Source of the DNA: Chiloscyllium plagiosum
Lineage: Eukaryota
Assembly (NCBI RefSeq): GCF_004010195.1
Contig: NC_057718.1
Coordinates: 5,151,051-5,171,050, forward strand
Reading direction: 5' to 3'
DNA: 20,000 nt
Numbering within the stretch: position 1 is the stretch's first letter; each line of letters opens with the position of its first letter. The notes beneath the pieces are model-generated. The model was not told the origin of the DNA. It saw only the letters and a list, made by a program, of their open reading frames with translations, and made no database searches. Below, piece by piece: positions 1 to 11,745 of this stretch. Position numbers and translations under genes: made by a program.

Positions 1-167
1 CTATCAAAGAGGCTTCTATGCTCACATGCAGGCCTCTGAGTCTATGTGCTCCTGGATTATTGACTCCCTCCCCTTGACTCTTAGAACAGACACCACCCAG
101 AGCTGGCAAGGCCCTGACAAGTCCCTTCCCCAAAAACCATCTGCCCCTCTTTTCCAATCAACTCATT

Positions 168-327
168 GAGTCTGTTTAAGACTGAGGGAGATAGGTTCTT
201 GATACTCAAGAACTACAGGGAGAAGGCAGGAGAATGGGGTTGAGAAACTTATCAGCCATGTTTGAATAGCAGAGCAGACTCAATGGGCTGAATGGTCTTA
301 TTGCTGCTCCTATGTCCTATGGTCTTA
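168..327 (+). mobile_element. CR1-type LINE 3' end remnant (intronic)
   Basis: 'tttaagactgag..gataggttcttg..gggagaaggcaggagaatgggg..cagccatg..gaatagcagagcagactcaatgggctgaatgg..ctcctatgtcctatggtctt' is the same motif series as the reverse complement of 10181-10370 and as 18460-18625. Confidence 0.75.
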
Positions 328-954
328 ACTCGCTCATGAAAACCCATTGCTTTGAGCAGGAATGGTTTTTCATTTTCATCTGTCCTAACATCATCTCATG
401 AGTCTCCAGTGCCAATTTCAGTTTACTAACAGTCCTGGAGCTCCAGGACAACAACAGTGTGAGTGGGATCCTGGGTCAACCAGCCCTTTAGCAGAATCAA
501 AGGCATGTGTGTGTATCTGGGAAGGACATGGTGTTCCTTCTCAGTTTCTACTTCCACTTCCCCAATTTACCACACCGAGCCTATGTATTGTCTCTCTTCG
601 GGTGGCCAGTTTTCCTAAATCTCCTGTCAGGAGTAGGAGCAGGAGGTCCTCAGAGGGACGACCAATGGAGTCTCTGTGTGTCACACAGCTTCGCTAACCC
701 CCCCCGCCCCAAAACTACACACACACACTGCGCATGTGTGCGCCACCACGTGGGGCCGTAAAAGGAGGGTACAGACACCATAACACACAGTGACGTTGCT
801 GTGAGGGGTGTCTTAACACACGTCACAGCTGTAGGAGTGAAAGTCAGAGCAGAGGAGGATTTCCCTACGTCGAACCTGTGCTGAATGATTGCTATGGCTC
901 TTTGCAGCTGCTTTCGATTGTCTGACCCTCTCCTTTCCTTTTGGGAATAAACAG

Positions 955-1016
955 ATCGAAATGAAGAGGAGGAACATGAAGAAAGACTGGAGATCAGGAG
1001 GAGGCTGACTCGCAAG
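955..1016 (+). CDS. PHACTR2: PHACTR family (most like PHACTR2) internal coding exon, 62 nt: (x)RNEEEEHEERLEIRRRLTRK
   Basis: Pyrimidine tract plus acAG acceptor (953-954) and AAG|GTAAAC donor (1017). The translation matches the PHACTR inter-RPEL linker (PHACTR2 KNEEEEQE..KRRLSRK; PHACTR1 [20 protein letters not shown]). It ends in phase 0, in frame with the next exon. Paralog assignment is less certain than family assignment. Confidence 0.93.
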
Positions 1017-2115
1017 GTAAACCTCAATTACCATTACCTGAAATGATTTTTACTGCAATCTCCAAAATAGATCTCAGTTGCTACTGAAAGGTTCTGTCTC
1101 TGAGCTACAGGATTGAACCAGTGACTGGTAGTAGGCGTTTTAATTTTAAAAGAACAAATTAGTAGGTATTTCAATAAATTAATCTTCCATAGAAGCAAAA
1201 CGCTCCTGAATAGTGTCTGGAAATTCATACAATTTAATTAAGAATGCTCCCTGCTCAGTGCTTGAACATTCCCCGTCTCCACGTAAGAAGATGCAGGGTT
1301 GCAGACAGTCCTGGGCTGCTGAGACTGGAGCTGATTGTTAAATGGGTTTGGCAACTTAGAGGCAAGGCTTCTGCGTGTGTGTGGGGAGAAAAATGTGACT
1401 CATCAGAAAAGAACATCTTCTGGGCAAATAACAGAAGGCTAATTTAACTGTTGTCATCTTAATGAAGAAATCAGTTCCTCCTATTTTGAATCCAAAATAT
1501 CAAAAGGGACCACAGTCTATTTACACATAGTTATAGAAATAATAGCAGTGAATCTCAACATGGACAGTTGTCTTTATGACTTTACATGGGTTTTCGCTGA
1601 AACTGTGCAACCAGAATTCATTGAGGATACACATTCCCCTCCAGTATTGCACAAATCAGACGGTAAATTGGCAACAGGTCCCACACATGTCAACTTCTTA
1701 CACCCCATTTCTCCTCTGCTGCAACTTCAGTTTCATTTCCATAAGCTAAACCATGTGAAGCGGCTGATCTTGTGATTTTTGCATTTGTGCTGAATATTTT
1801 TTACAGCCTTGTGACTCTGTTACCCTGATACAATTACCTGCTAGATCTGTTCATTGAGCAAGGAATAAAACTGTGTTGTATGAAGCTCCACTCTGTTACT
1901 GTGACACTGCATCCAGTATCACATTGAGTCCAGTGAGTGGAGAATTAACCAGTGCAGAAAGATCTTTGAGGTAATCATCCTCATAACAGAGGGTGCCATT
2001 TGACACGGTGCCTGTTGTACATTGAAGTCCACGTCAGTCTCTTGCCGATGCAATGTTCGATTGAGAGGAACTTGCAGATCTTCTGTGGCTAATGATTTGT
2101 CTGTCTTCCTAACAG

Positions 2116-2253
2116 CTTAGCCTCAGGCCAACAGTCGCAGAGTTACAAGCCCGGCGCATTCTGCGTTTTAACGAGTATGTGGAAGTGACAGAAGCCCAGG
2201 ACTATGATCGGCGAGCTGACAAGCCCTGGACCCGGCTGACACCTGCTGATAAG
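2116..2253 (+). CDS. PHACTR2: PHACTR coding exon, 138 nt: LSLRPTVAELQARRILRFNEYVEVTEAQDYDRRADKPWTRLTPADK (last RPEL motif and PP1-binding RVxF-PhiPhi-R-W string)
   Basis: cctaacAG acceptor (2114-2115) and AAG|GTGAGA donor (2254). Contains the RPxxxEL motif, the ILRF RVxF-type motif and the DYDRRADKPW hallmark. LSLRPTVAELQARRILRFNEYVEVT is as in PHACTR2. Partly visible in ORF 2179..2364. Confidence 0.97.
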
Positions 2254-2642
2254 GTGAGAACCTCCAGCACTTTCCCAATTGACACTGTCCAGCTGCCAGA
2301 ATTGGTGGAGCATGGGCATCCCAGAGGTAGGGGGGAAGCCATGGAGGGGTTTGCTCACAGATGAGAAATTTAAAATTGAGACTGTCCTAACTGGGAGCTA
2401 TTTTGGACCAATAAAGATCCCAAAGCCTCAGTATCCTCCTCACTCCCCTCCAACATTTCACCTCATTGTCTGCTCTGTTTTGGGGCCCCTCTCCTAACAT
2501 GGTTTCTGTGGCATTTCAAGGTGATGAAGGGGAGCATTTGTACAAACCCAAGTAAAGCCTGGTTTCAATGTCACTGACTTGACCTTCCCAGGTGTGTTGA
2601 GGAGGTTGCTGCAAACTGTGGGCTGCTCTCCTGTCTGTCTCC

Positions 2643-2930
2643 GCTCAGTGGGCAGCACTTAACCCTCTAAGTTCAAGACCTGCTCCAGACATTGCAGTTC
2701 CTAATCCAGGCTGGCATTCCGGTGTTTTACTGAGGAGTGAGCTCTGCAGCATTGGAGACCTCCCCTTCCAGATATGAGATAGAGGCTCTTCCTGGGTGAA
2801 CATAAGAGATGGAAAAGCACTTTATTTTGAAAAAGGATGACAGTTCTCCCAGTCTTCTGTTGGATATATAGATATCTCCCTCAAATAGCTGGCTGGTATG
2901 GCAGTGACTACCCTTTGAATGTGCTCCACT
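2643..2930 (+). mobile_element. Decayed tRNA-derived SINE with Deu-like central domain (SacSINE1/DeuSINE-like)
   Basis: A-box-like gctcagtgg and gttcaagacc, then caggctggcattcc..tactgaggagtg..gcac..tattttgaaa..gttctcccc. It resembles the DeuSINE core and the copy at 8890-9210. Family assigned from memory. Confidence 0.55.
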
Positions 2931-3357
2931 GAATGGGAAATCTATTGGAGGGGGTAGGCAGAGAGCTCGTGGTTTAATTCTGGCTGTCGCTTAGTGCACA
3001 GGGATTAATCTTCGTCAATTGTAGATTCCCCAGCACAAGGAAGACTGCATAGCAAGACCCCAAATCTGGCAGTGGTGGCCAGGGTCCGGTAACAGGAAAC
3101 AAGCCATCATTTTGCTTGTGTAGCCTGCCTTACTGCAGAAGCAGGGATTAACCATAGCCCAGCATGTGGTTGGTGCATTGTTGGTGGTTCTAATCGCTGC
3201 AGGTTAACACTGTCAGGCCGCTCTCCGCCCGGGGGCCGGGGAGTGGGTGGAGAGTTGCCGGTCACAGAAAAACAGCTGAATTGTTAACCTCAAACAAAAA
3301 CCTAGTGCTGGAGAAACTCATCATCTGTAGAGAGTGGGGGCGGGGGAACAGCGCTGA

Positions 3358-3718
<361 letters not shown>

Positions 3719-3734
3719 TAAGCTCGCTTTCGCT

Positions 3735-3851
3735 TCTCTCTCTCTCTCTCCCCTGTCACCCCACCCCCTCATCTCTTTCTCTCTCTCTCTCTCTCCCCCT
3801 GTCACCCCACCCCCTCATCTCTCTCTCTCTCTCTCTCTCTCTCCCCTGTCA
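3735..3851 (+). repeat. Compound minisatellite: (TC)n + ccctgtcaccccaccccctca, at least 3 units, running into the assembly gap
   Basis: The unit is repeated at ~3735, ~3772 and ~3818. The third unit is cut off by the N-run. Confidence 0.9.
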
Positions 3852-3964
3852 NNNNNNNNNNNNNNNNNNNNNNNNNNNNNNNNNNNNNNNNNNNNNNNNN
3901 NNNNNNNNNNNNNNNNNNNNNNNNNNNNNNNNNNNNNNNNNNNNNNNNNNNNNNNNNNNNNNNN
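3852..3964. other. Assembly gap (113 N)
   Basis: Run of N directly after the minisatellite. Confidence 1.
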
Positions 3965-4539
3965 CCTAGCCTCTTCCTCGTGTCCTACCCCCCCCCTCAC
4001 TCTGTCATAAATCCCGCTGTTGCTCCGAATGCCTGGCGTTACTGTTGTAAATGCTGCATTATGACATTGCATCCCTCCCACGTTTCCCCCTACTCCCTCC
4101 CTCGGTCAGCTGCGGGAAGTGCAGCTGCTGATATTCCCCACCACCGCTCAGGCAGCAATCACCACCTCCCCCCCCTCACCCTGAGCCCTTGAGGACATGA
4201 GTCACTTACAGAGTACTTGAGCATCCTACAGTGAGCTCAGTCTTCTCCCAAATGTCAGGCTTTGTACCCTCTGCTGTTTGGGAGCACTAACTGAATTACT
4301 CAGGTCATACAGTACTGAGCCGCAACGAGCAGGAACCAACTAGAATAAAAACAAAATTAAATAGCAGTCCCTTCGTCACCACCTTCTCTCTCTAGAACAT
4401 CTGTCCTCTGTAGCTCTGGGTGTCAATTTGTTTATTTTTGCAAGCTTTTAAAAGATTTTGCAACATTAGCGGTGCTGTGTAATTGCGAATTGCTGCTGTC
4501 GATGCTAATTGAAATTTGGACCCTGTTTCCTGCCTGCAG

Positions 4540-4555
4540 ATTTCACCGGCCATGA
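4540..4555 (+). CDS. PHACTR2: PHACTR terminal coding exon portion: (R)FHRP-stop
   Basis: tgtttcctgcctgcAG acceptor (4538-4539), then A TTT CAC CGG CCA TGA. This completes the split AG|A Arg codon and gives the canonical FHRP* end of PHACTR1-3. Confidence 0.95.
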
Positions 4556-7292
4556 AGTAATAAAGGCTCAGGGAGAGAGACTGAAATTGTCGAGGATTGA
4601 AGACGGTGCATGAGGCTACACCAGATGTGTTCTGTGCACCTTCCCTGCCAAGAGGCAGATGTTCAACAGAGGGCTGACCATGCAACAACAACAAAACCAT
4701 CACACACAAAAAAAAGTTTTAATATCTAAGTAATTTTTTAAAAAAGATTCTTTCTCTGTGGAGGCAGGCTGGCTTCTTTTGTTGAGGCAGGGGGGTGGGG
4801 ACTATGTTGATGTAATGGCAATGGAGATTGGGGGTTAGGTAGAGAGGTGATGATGGTGGGGGAAATGAATCCCAGATAAAGGGGAACTGTTTTTAAAGCT
4901 TTCCAGCAAAACAAATGTCATTCCCTCCTTGCTGCCAATGTGTCAGGCAGGTGACCAGTCAGTACTGTGGTGCTTTGTTGTTGTGTTCTCCAGTGTCCAG
5001 AACTATGGTCAGGGTGTTGTCTCCCTGCCATTAACAAGCTGTTCTCTGCTACCCTCTTGTTCTGGAGGAGGCAAACTGATTCTGTAAAGGGGGAACCTAT
5101 TCCTTCATGTAACTACAGCAAATGACTGCTATTAGCTGTTCAAAACTGCACAGAAAGCTGTCCTGATGGTAGCTCCAAACCATACACCACTCATATTCTG
5201 CATAAAAAAAACACATTGAACTAAAAAAAAGCCTCTAGTGTGTGTCTGTGGTGTTACTGGTTTCTCCTCTTACCTCCCCTCCTCCCCTCCTTCTCCCCCC
5301 CCACCACCCCCACCACCACCCCAACCCTCTGCTAATTTTCTAAGCCGGTAATACTTATTTATGGGATGTGCGGTGACTGCTTTAGTTGCCAATGTCTGTA
5401 ACAGAAGAAAATCTCTATTTTATTGTGTCAAGTGGGACATTTTAAGATGGGCATGAATTGACTGCTCAATGAGCTTAATGAGAGCGAAGCCTGATCCAGA
5501 CAAGAGTGGAGCTGTAGAGAGGCAGGTCAATGATGGTCAGTAACTCTTTCTCACTGGGGGAGGAAGGAGAGCTGGCACTAGGACCATAGGAAATGGAACC
5601 TAGATTCTAACCACATATTTAACTTTGAATGATGGAGATCAGACTGGGTTCAAGTGGATTAGAGCCATTGGCCATAGATTTTTTTTTTTCACTCATTTTC
5701 ACCCTCAACCCAACTTTCACCACAGCTCCCTCTGCCTCCGAAATGTACTTATTCAATTGGAAAGGGGTTGGGGGCTAGCTGGGCAAGTTGCCCTTGTTCC
5801 TGCAGAGCGTTTGGTAGTCTTTTTTTATTGAGACCTCAAGGACACCTTGATAAAACGTGTAACCATGTCCTCTCATTGTTTTGCTATGGCCTGACTGGTC
5901 ACGTTTCCCCACTCTGCTCACTTCCCCAGGGTGTCTTCACTCACTGCCCCAGATTACAGGGTAGCAAATGACGGTGATCTTTAAACCAGAAATCACCCCT
6001 AGACACTCATGCCTGAAAATGAAAGGTTTTGATCTGGGGAAACAAAGTTGGAGAGCCTTCATGTGAAAGGCTGATAGAAAGACAGTTAATGAGCTACAAT
6101 CACAACTCACCATGTCTTACTGCAGAGTGGGGAGCTGGCTATTTTCAAACCTTGCCATTGTACCAAAACACCCTCCAACCATTGTCCATCCAATTGACTC
6201 GCTTTCTCTTTAGTTCAACAATTTAGTCTTTCAAGTTTTATCAAAATGAAGGAGAGGGGAGAAATTTGGTATCTGCTTGTGTACTTTCTGTCTCGGCTCT
6301 TGCGTTTGTTATTTCTAACCCTGGACGGAGGACTTGGAATTGAGAAGGACCAAATTTTTTTTCCCAAATGGTTTGCGATATTCAGCCATTTTTTTTTTTC
6401 AAAAATGAAGATTCATGTTCAGTACAGGAGAAACCATGGTGGTTTGTGGTCAGTCAGGAGGGACAACTGTGAAAAAGGGCAAAGGCTTTGCTAACAAGGG
6501 TTGACTGGGGACACTGCTCAGGAGAATGTTTATTTTAATCAGTTGTAGTGGGATGCCAGAGTTACAATGGGGATGACAATTTTCTCAGATGGCAATTGGC
6601 TATCTGCTGTTGAAATGTAACTTTCCTGTGAATCCACTGAAGGGAAGTAAGAGAGTAAACGATTCCACATCGTTGAAAGAGTGTAAACTGATTGTGAATT
6701 TAAAATACTTCTGTAAACTGTGAGCTGGAAAAGAGGAAACATTGATATATGATGAAGTTTATACCCAGTATGCTGTCACATGTTGGTACATGATGCTGTG
6801 GACATCTAGTACGCTGCCAGATGAACTGTCATATGTTGTACTACATCCAGAGCTGTTTGATCTTGCCTCCAATATCTGCCGTGCTTGTCCACCCTCCATT
6901 ACAACCTGCTGACTCTGGGAACAGTAACTCCTTTATCCCCTGCCCTCAGCTATCAGCTCCTCCTTGTGTTGCCAGAGGAGATGGAGACCCATTCTTTCAT
7001 GTTTACTATTACCCTCCTTCCCTGTAGGGAAGCACGCTAGAAGAATGGCAGCAGCTTTCTGCCTTATCCCGGAATACCTTTTTTTTTATTAAGAGGTTTG
7101 AAAAGCAAATTAAAATGTAAGAGAAAACAATGCTCCAACTTAATCCTGAATGTTTTACTTGCAGAAGGTTGCAACCTATTCTGCAAGAATGAAATCACCC
7201 ACCCATTTTAGTTTGAAGATTACCTGATCAACATTTCTCTCACTTGCAATCCCCTCCCCCCCAACCCTATGTTTTTAGTTCCCAGAATACTT

Positions 7293-7480
7293 GGGTTGGT
7301 TAGCTCAGTTGGCTGGTTTGTGATGGCAACAGCATGGGTTCAGTTCCCATCACTGGCTGAGGCTACCATGAAGGATCCTCCTTCACAACCTCTCCCCCTT
7401 ACCTGAGGCACAGTGATCCTCGGGGTAAAACCACCACGACCCATCCCTCTCTGAGAGAGCAGCCCTCTGATGACTGTACC
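7293..7480 (+). mobile_element. tRNA-derived SINE inside the putative 3'UTR
   Basis: A box TAGCTCAGTTGG (7301-7312) and B-box-like GGTTCAGTTCC (7337-7347) at tRNA-like spacing. No cloverleaf forms, and the sequence continues into a SINE-like body (ctgagg..accatgaagg..acctctcccc..cctgaggc..gagagagcagccct). Confidence 0.7.
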
Positions 7481-8109
7481 TTACTTAACCACCCAAATTA
7501 ACCTCTCATTTCATTTGAGGCAGTGTTTCAGGCAATAAGACTGTATGGCGATGTCTAAACAGAAGTTCCAGGAAAACTAGACAGTTTTGTTTTCCCCCAG
7601 TTGTCCTGCACAACAGACAAGACTGGCAGCTGCTAAAGAAATTTTTACTGTTCTCAAATTTTGTTCTATCCTTCGTCTTATAGACGGAGGGACCTCTACG
7701 GTTGTACAACACCTGAATGTAAATTTGATTTATAAATTCTATTGGTTGTAAATAACTGGAAAAAAAAAGAATGTATGCTGTCTAGAATCGGCAAGTAATT
7801 CTACAAACTCTGTTTTATTTTGTAAAGTGTTGCAATATATATTCTATATATTTTCAAAAAAGTATCCCCAAGTCTCGCTTTTGTTTTAAATGCTGTGCTT
7901 TGTTCCTGTAATATTTCTACAGCGAACCCAGGTTACTTGTGTTTCTATGTTCTTAAAAGTTCCTACATTATACAATCTCTCTCTTTTAGGAGTATTTAAT
8001 GTGACATTGTTATTAGCTAACTATTGTTTTTCATCACTGAGCACAGTTCTGAAGTGCCTTAGTTACATGTTTTGGCTGACTCGTTCTGTAACCTGGTCAA
8101 AATTTCTTT

Positions 8110-8115
8110 AATAAA
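8110..8115 (+). terminator. Candidate polyadenylation signal AATAAA
   Basis: Canonical hexamer with an upstream TGTA (8087-8090) and a downstream U-rich element (ttttattttgatgt, 8161-8174). It lies at the boundary between unique and repeat-rich DNA. Confidence 0.65.
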
Positions 8116-8244
8116 ATTCCATCAAGTGCTCCTGCCCCTTGCCTCTTTCAGAAATTAACTTTTTATTTTGATGTCAGTACTTGAGAGGTCTGGTGGACTG
8201 ATCGTGAGTCCAGAGTACGTGTTTAAGAACAAATTGACATTGAC

Positions 8245-8385
8245 ATTCAGCACACCCCAGAGCTTTACAGGCAACGAAATATATTTCAAGTGTAGTCCCT
8301 TTTGGAACACAGGAAAATAGAGCAGCTAATCAATGCATAGTAAGATCCCAAAAAGGGTTACATGATAAACCACCAGGTATTTTGG
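8245..8385 (-). mobile_element. Decayed Deu-type SINE 3' portion
   Basis: Its reverse complement (ttgggatcttactatgcattgattagctgctctattttc..gactacacttgaaatatattt) resembles the tails of the 2643 and 8890 SINE copies. Highly diverged. Confidence 0.4.
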
Positions 8386-8889
8386 GTTAAGGGCTGTCTG
8401 AGCTCCCACATTTTCCCCCTCTTTGAATGAATCTATTATCTTCTAGTCCTACAGGCGCAATGGCTTGGGGTCTGAAAGACCCATGCCTGCAATCAGGCAG
8501 TTCTGCATTCCACTAAAGGTGCCCCTTTGCACAGCCCTGGAGTTAGAATGAGCACATATGTTCTTTTTTTTGCACTTCTCCTCACTTGGAATAAATGTCC
8601 CATAGAGCACACCTGTGACTTTGTGTGCGTACTGGAAATTTAAACCTGGATCAACTGTACACAGATCATGACTGTACCAACATTGCTCACAACAGCAGCA
8701 GTGTTCACTAGTAACATTACACAACAGTAGTGTTCACCAATGTGCCAACATGGCTCACGATTCTAATTCTGCTCACCACTGTCCAAAGTTTGAACACAAT
8801 TGACTGTCTTCATCACTGCAGTGACATTGCTCACAATTCTAGCTGTGCACCTTTTCCCCCCCACCCCCCCAAACTGTACCAACACAGGT

Positions 8890-9210
8890 TGATGGCACTC
8901 TCTCCCATGAGTGCTAAGGGTACACTTGTTCCAGCATCTAAGAACAAACAGGCTGACACTCCAGTGTGATACTGAGGGAGAGTTGCACTACAGTGTCTTG
9001 TAGATGAAACAATGAACCTGCCTACCAGATTGATGTGAAAGACCAGGAAGCACTAATTATGAGAATGAGAGTTGGTGCTGATATTCTGGCCAACATTTAA
9101 GAATGTGATATTGACTGCCAGATAAATGACAAGTTATACTGTCACAATCACGCCACTGTTTGTGAGAGCTAATTGGTGCCAATTGCTGCCATGTTTCAGT
9201 AGCTACAAGT
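8890..9210 (+). mobile_element. Decayed tRNA-derived Deu-domain SINE (SacSINE1-like)
   Basis: caggctgacactccagtgtgatactgagggagagttgcact..gatgaaac..gatgtgaaaga..gcacta..ctggccaacattta..ctgtttgtgagagct matches the recognisable DeuSINE core order. Confidence 0.6.
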
Positions 9211-9382
9211 CCTGAATTGTTTTCAAAGTTAACATTCTTTGTGTACATTTTAAAATGGATTTAGCTGCCATTGCTGATCATATGATGCAGGTTCACTACA
9301 ACTCTGGCACGTTCCAAAAGCTTTTACCAAGCAGAGCCTAGACATCAGCCTCCTACAATCTCACATTCTTCTTTTGTATGTG

Positions 9383-9878
9383 CATAGAGTCATAGACATG
9401 CACAGCACAGAAACAGGCCCTTCAGTTCAACTCATCCATGCCGACCAGATATCCCAACCTAGTCCCATTTGCCAGCACTTGGCCCATATCCCTCTAAACC
9501 TTTCCTATTCATATACCCATCCAGATGTTGTAAATGTACCAGCCTCTACCACTTTCTCTGGCAGCTCTCTGGCAGCTCATTCCATACACACACACACTCT
9601 GCGTGAAAAAGTTGCCCTTTAGGTCCATTTTAAGTTTTTCCCCTCTCTCCCTAAACCTATGCTCCCTAGTTCTGGACTCCCCCACACCAGACAAAAGGAC
9701 CTTGTCCATTTACCCTCATGATTTTATAAACCTCTGTAAGGTCACCCCTCAGCCTCTGATGCTCCAGGGAAAAACAGTCCCAGCCTATTCAGCCTTTCCC
9801 TTCTTCTCAAGCTCTCCAGCCCTGGCAATGTCCTTGTAAACCTTTTCTGAACCCTTTCAAGTTTCACAACATCCTTCC
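9383..9878 (-). mobile_element. 5'-truncated CR1-clade LINE (HER1-like) 3' end
   Basis: Minus-strand ORFs give KDVVKLERVQKRFTRTLPGLE and GVGESRTREHRFRERGE (CR1 ORF2 C-terminus). The short tail repeat catagagtcataga is at 9383-9396. Same subfamily as 13230-13758. Confidence 0.93.
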
Positions 9879-10180
9879 AAAAGTTAACAAATTCAAATGA
9901 ACTGTAAACAGTATGTCTCTCCTGTAGAGTTCGTAACAAAGAAAAAGTCATTGATCCATGTTATACTTGTGGAGGTGCTAAATAACCCTATCTAGCTCTA
10001 AGGGCGAAATTTGGATCATGGTCAGAAGGGTAGAGCTAATTGATCATTTGAAATTGACTCCTTCATGACCAGAACTCCTCTCATCTTTGAAAAGCTTGAT
10101 ATATATCTGACACCATGCCACAATGTGCTAAGGGTTTAATACAACAGCCAGGTTGCAGACCTTAGTCTGGATCAATTTAG

Positions 10181-10790
10181 ACCATAACACCGAAAGACCC
10201 CATAGGAGCAGAATTAGGCCATTGGGCCCATTGAGTTTGCTCTGCCATTTGGCCATGGCTGATCTGTTCTTCGAACCATTGTCTTGTCTTCTCCCTGTTA
10301 CCATAGATTCCCTTACTAATCACGAACCAATCTACCTTTGTCTTAAACATACTCAATGACTTGGCCTCCATTGCCCTCTGCGGTAATGGTTCCATAGAAT
10401 CACCACCGTCTGGCTAAAGAAATTTCTTTGCCTCTCAGTTCCAAAGGGTCATCCTTCACAATGAGGCTGTGCCCTTGGATCCTAGTCTCTCCTACTAATG
10501 AAAATATCTCCTCATCATCTTTATCCAGGCCTCTTGGTATTCTGTAAGTTTCAATCAGATCCCACCCCCCCCCCCACCTTATCCTTCTAAACTCCTCAAC
10601 TGCTCCTTACGTGACAACCCCTTCATCTCAAGGATCATTCTTGTAAACCTCCTCTGGACCCCTTCTCCACCAAAACACCAGCACATCCTTCCTTAGATAT
10701 GGGGTCAAAACTGTTCACAATATTCCAAATGCGATCTGACCAGAGCCTTAAACAGTCTCAGCAGTATATCCTTGCTCTCATAGTCTAGCC
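10181..10790 (-). mobile_element. 5'-truncated CR1-clade LINE 3' end, second subfamily
   Basis: Minus-strand peptide LPQRAMEAKSLSMFKTKVDWF is a CR1 ORF2 C-terminus, followed by a typical 3'UTR (gagcaaactcaatgggcccaatggcctaattctgctcctatg). Upstream RT-thumb remnants extend to ~10790. Confidence 0.88.
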
Positions 10791-11615
10791 TGAATGTAAC
10801 ATCGGAACAGACACAGTCAGACTTCAGATCAATAGCTTGATCTGCCTCAATGCTGAATAAGCTTCTTGAAACCTAATATCGATAGAAAAGCCACTTATTC
10901 CCAAGGAAGTGGACCAATTCCTGTCTATAAACATCATCTTGCTCTTCAGCACCAACCTTAAAGAAATTTTGCAAAAACCTGCTTTTAGACATCAGCTTTC
11001 TGGGATCTGACAATCATGTGAATTCAAAGCCATATCTTTGTTTTAGAAGTTATTCTTTTTTTCCCCTTTGTAAATATCATCACCCTTTTCAGTAACATTA
11101 TTACACACCTCTGGTGCTTGAATTCAGTGATCATGGCTCAAATGTAGAGACCCTACCACGGCACCACAGAGGTCTTTGCCTTCCTCGTATGCCTGTGGGT
11201 TTGCATGTGTGATGAGAACCATTCCCTAGGACTGAATGCAGCATTACACCATATTTCTGATTTCACTCCAGAAAGGAACACCTCACAAACCGGGGTTTAC
11301 AGGAAGCACACCAAACGCTGTTTCAGAAGGTGGAAACACAAATCAATACACCTTTGTCTATGTACAGAAGGTAAGAAAAGTAGAGTTTGATTTACTCCAC
11401 TCCCTTGTCAGTAACATAAACATGATCGTGTGTGTCTTGTCTTAGAGAATATAAAGGTGGATAAATCTCCAGGACCTGATCGAATGTGTCCCAGAACATT
11501 GTAGGAAATAAGGGAGGAAACTATGAGACCCCTTGCAGAAATATTTGCATCATCTATAACAATGGGTGAGGTGCCCAATGACTGGAGGGTGGCAAATGTT
11601 GTACCTTTGTTTAAG

Positions 11616-11649
11616 ATTCAATTCAATTCAATAAATTCAATTCATTTCA
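11616..11649 (+). repeat. (ATTCA)n pentanucleotide insertion within the CR1 RT fragment
   Basis: attcaattcaattcaataaattcaattcatttca interrupts the conserved PLFK|KG motif. Confidence 0.85.
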
Positions 11650-11745
11650 AGAAAGGTTGTAAGGAGAATTCGGGGAACTATAGACCTGTGAGTCTGACTT
11701 CGGTTGTGGGTAAATTATTGGAGGTGATTCTAAAAGATATGGACA

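Larger units (their letters stand above)
4556..8135 (+). other. Probable long 3'UTR of the PHACTR gene
   Basis: Follows the stop codon. It is nearly repeat-free for ~3.6 kb, in contrast to the repeat-dense DNA after 8240, and has an AU-rich terminal block, an AATAAA and a U-rich downstream tract. The end position is inferred. Confidence 0.65.

Noticed and set aside
398..1034. ORFs 398..697, 507..761, 650..1027(-) and 813..1034(-)
   Set aside because: Intronic or antisense to the real exon, with no recognisable domain. The upstream PHACTR exon (RLSQRPT..ELEQRNIL) was not found in 1-950.
4344..4349. Intronic AATAAA in the last intron
   Set aside because: It is part of an A-rich stretch, and nothing else supports intronic polyadenylation.
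4553..4600. Stop-codon readthrough extension
   Set aside because: The context is TGA-A rather than the TGA-CTAG readthrough motif, and the next in-frame stop follows after 14 codons with nothing recognisable.
5269..5328. C-rich tract (G-quadruplex potential on the minus strand)
   Set aside because: Simple low-complexity sequence with no further support for function.
7293..7360. Possible tRNA gene
   Set aside because: A and B boxes are present, but there is no acceptor or anticodon stem and no T-run terminator, and the sequence continues into a SINE body.
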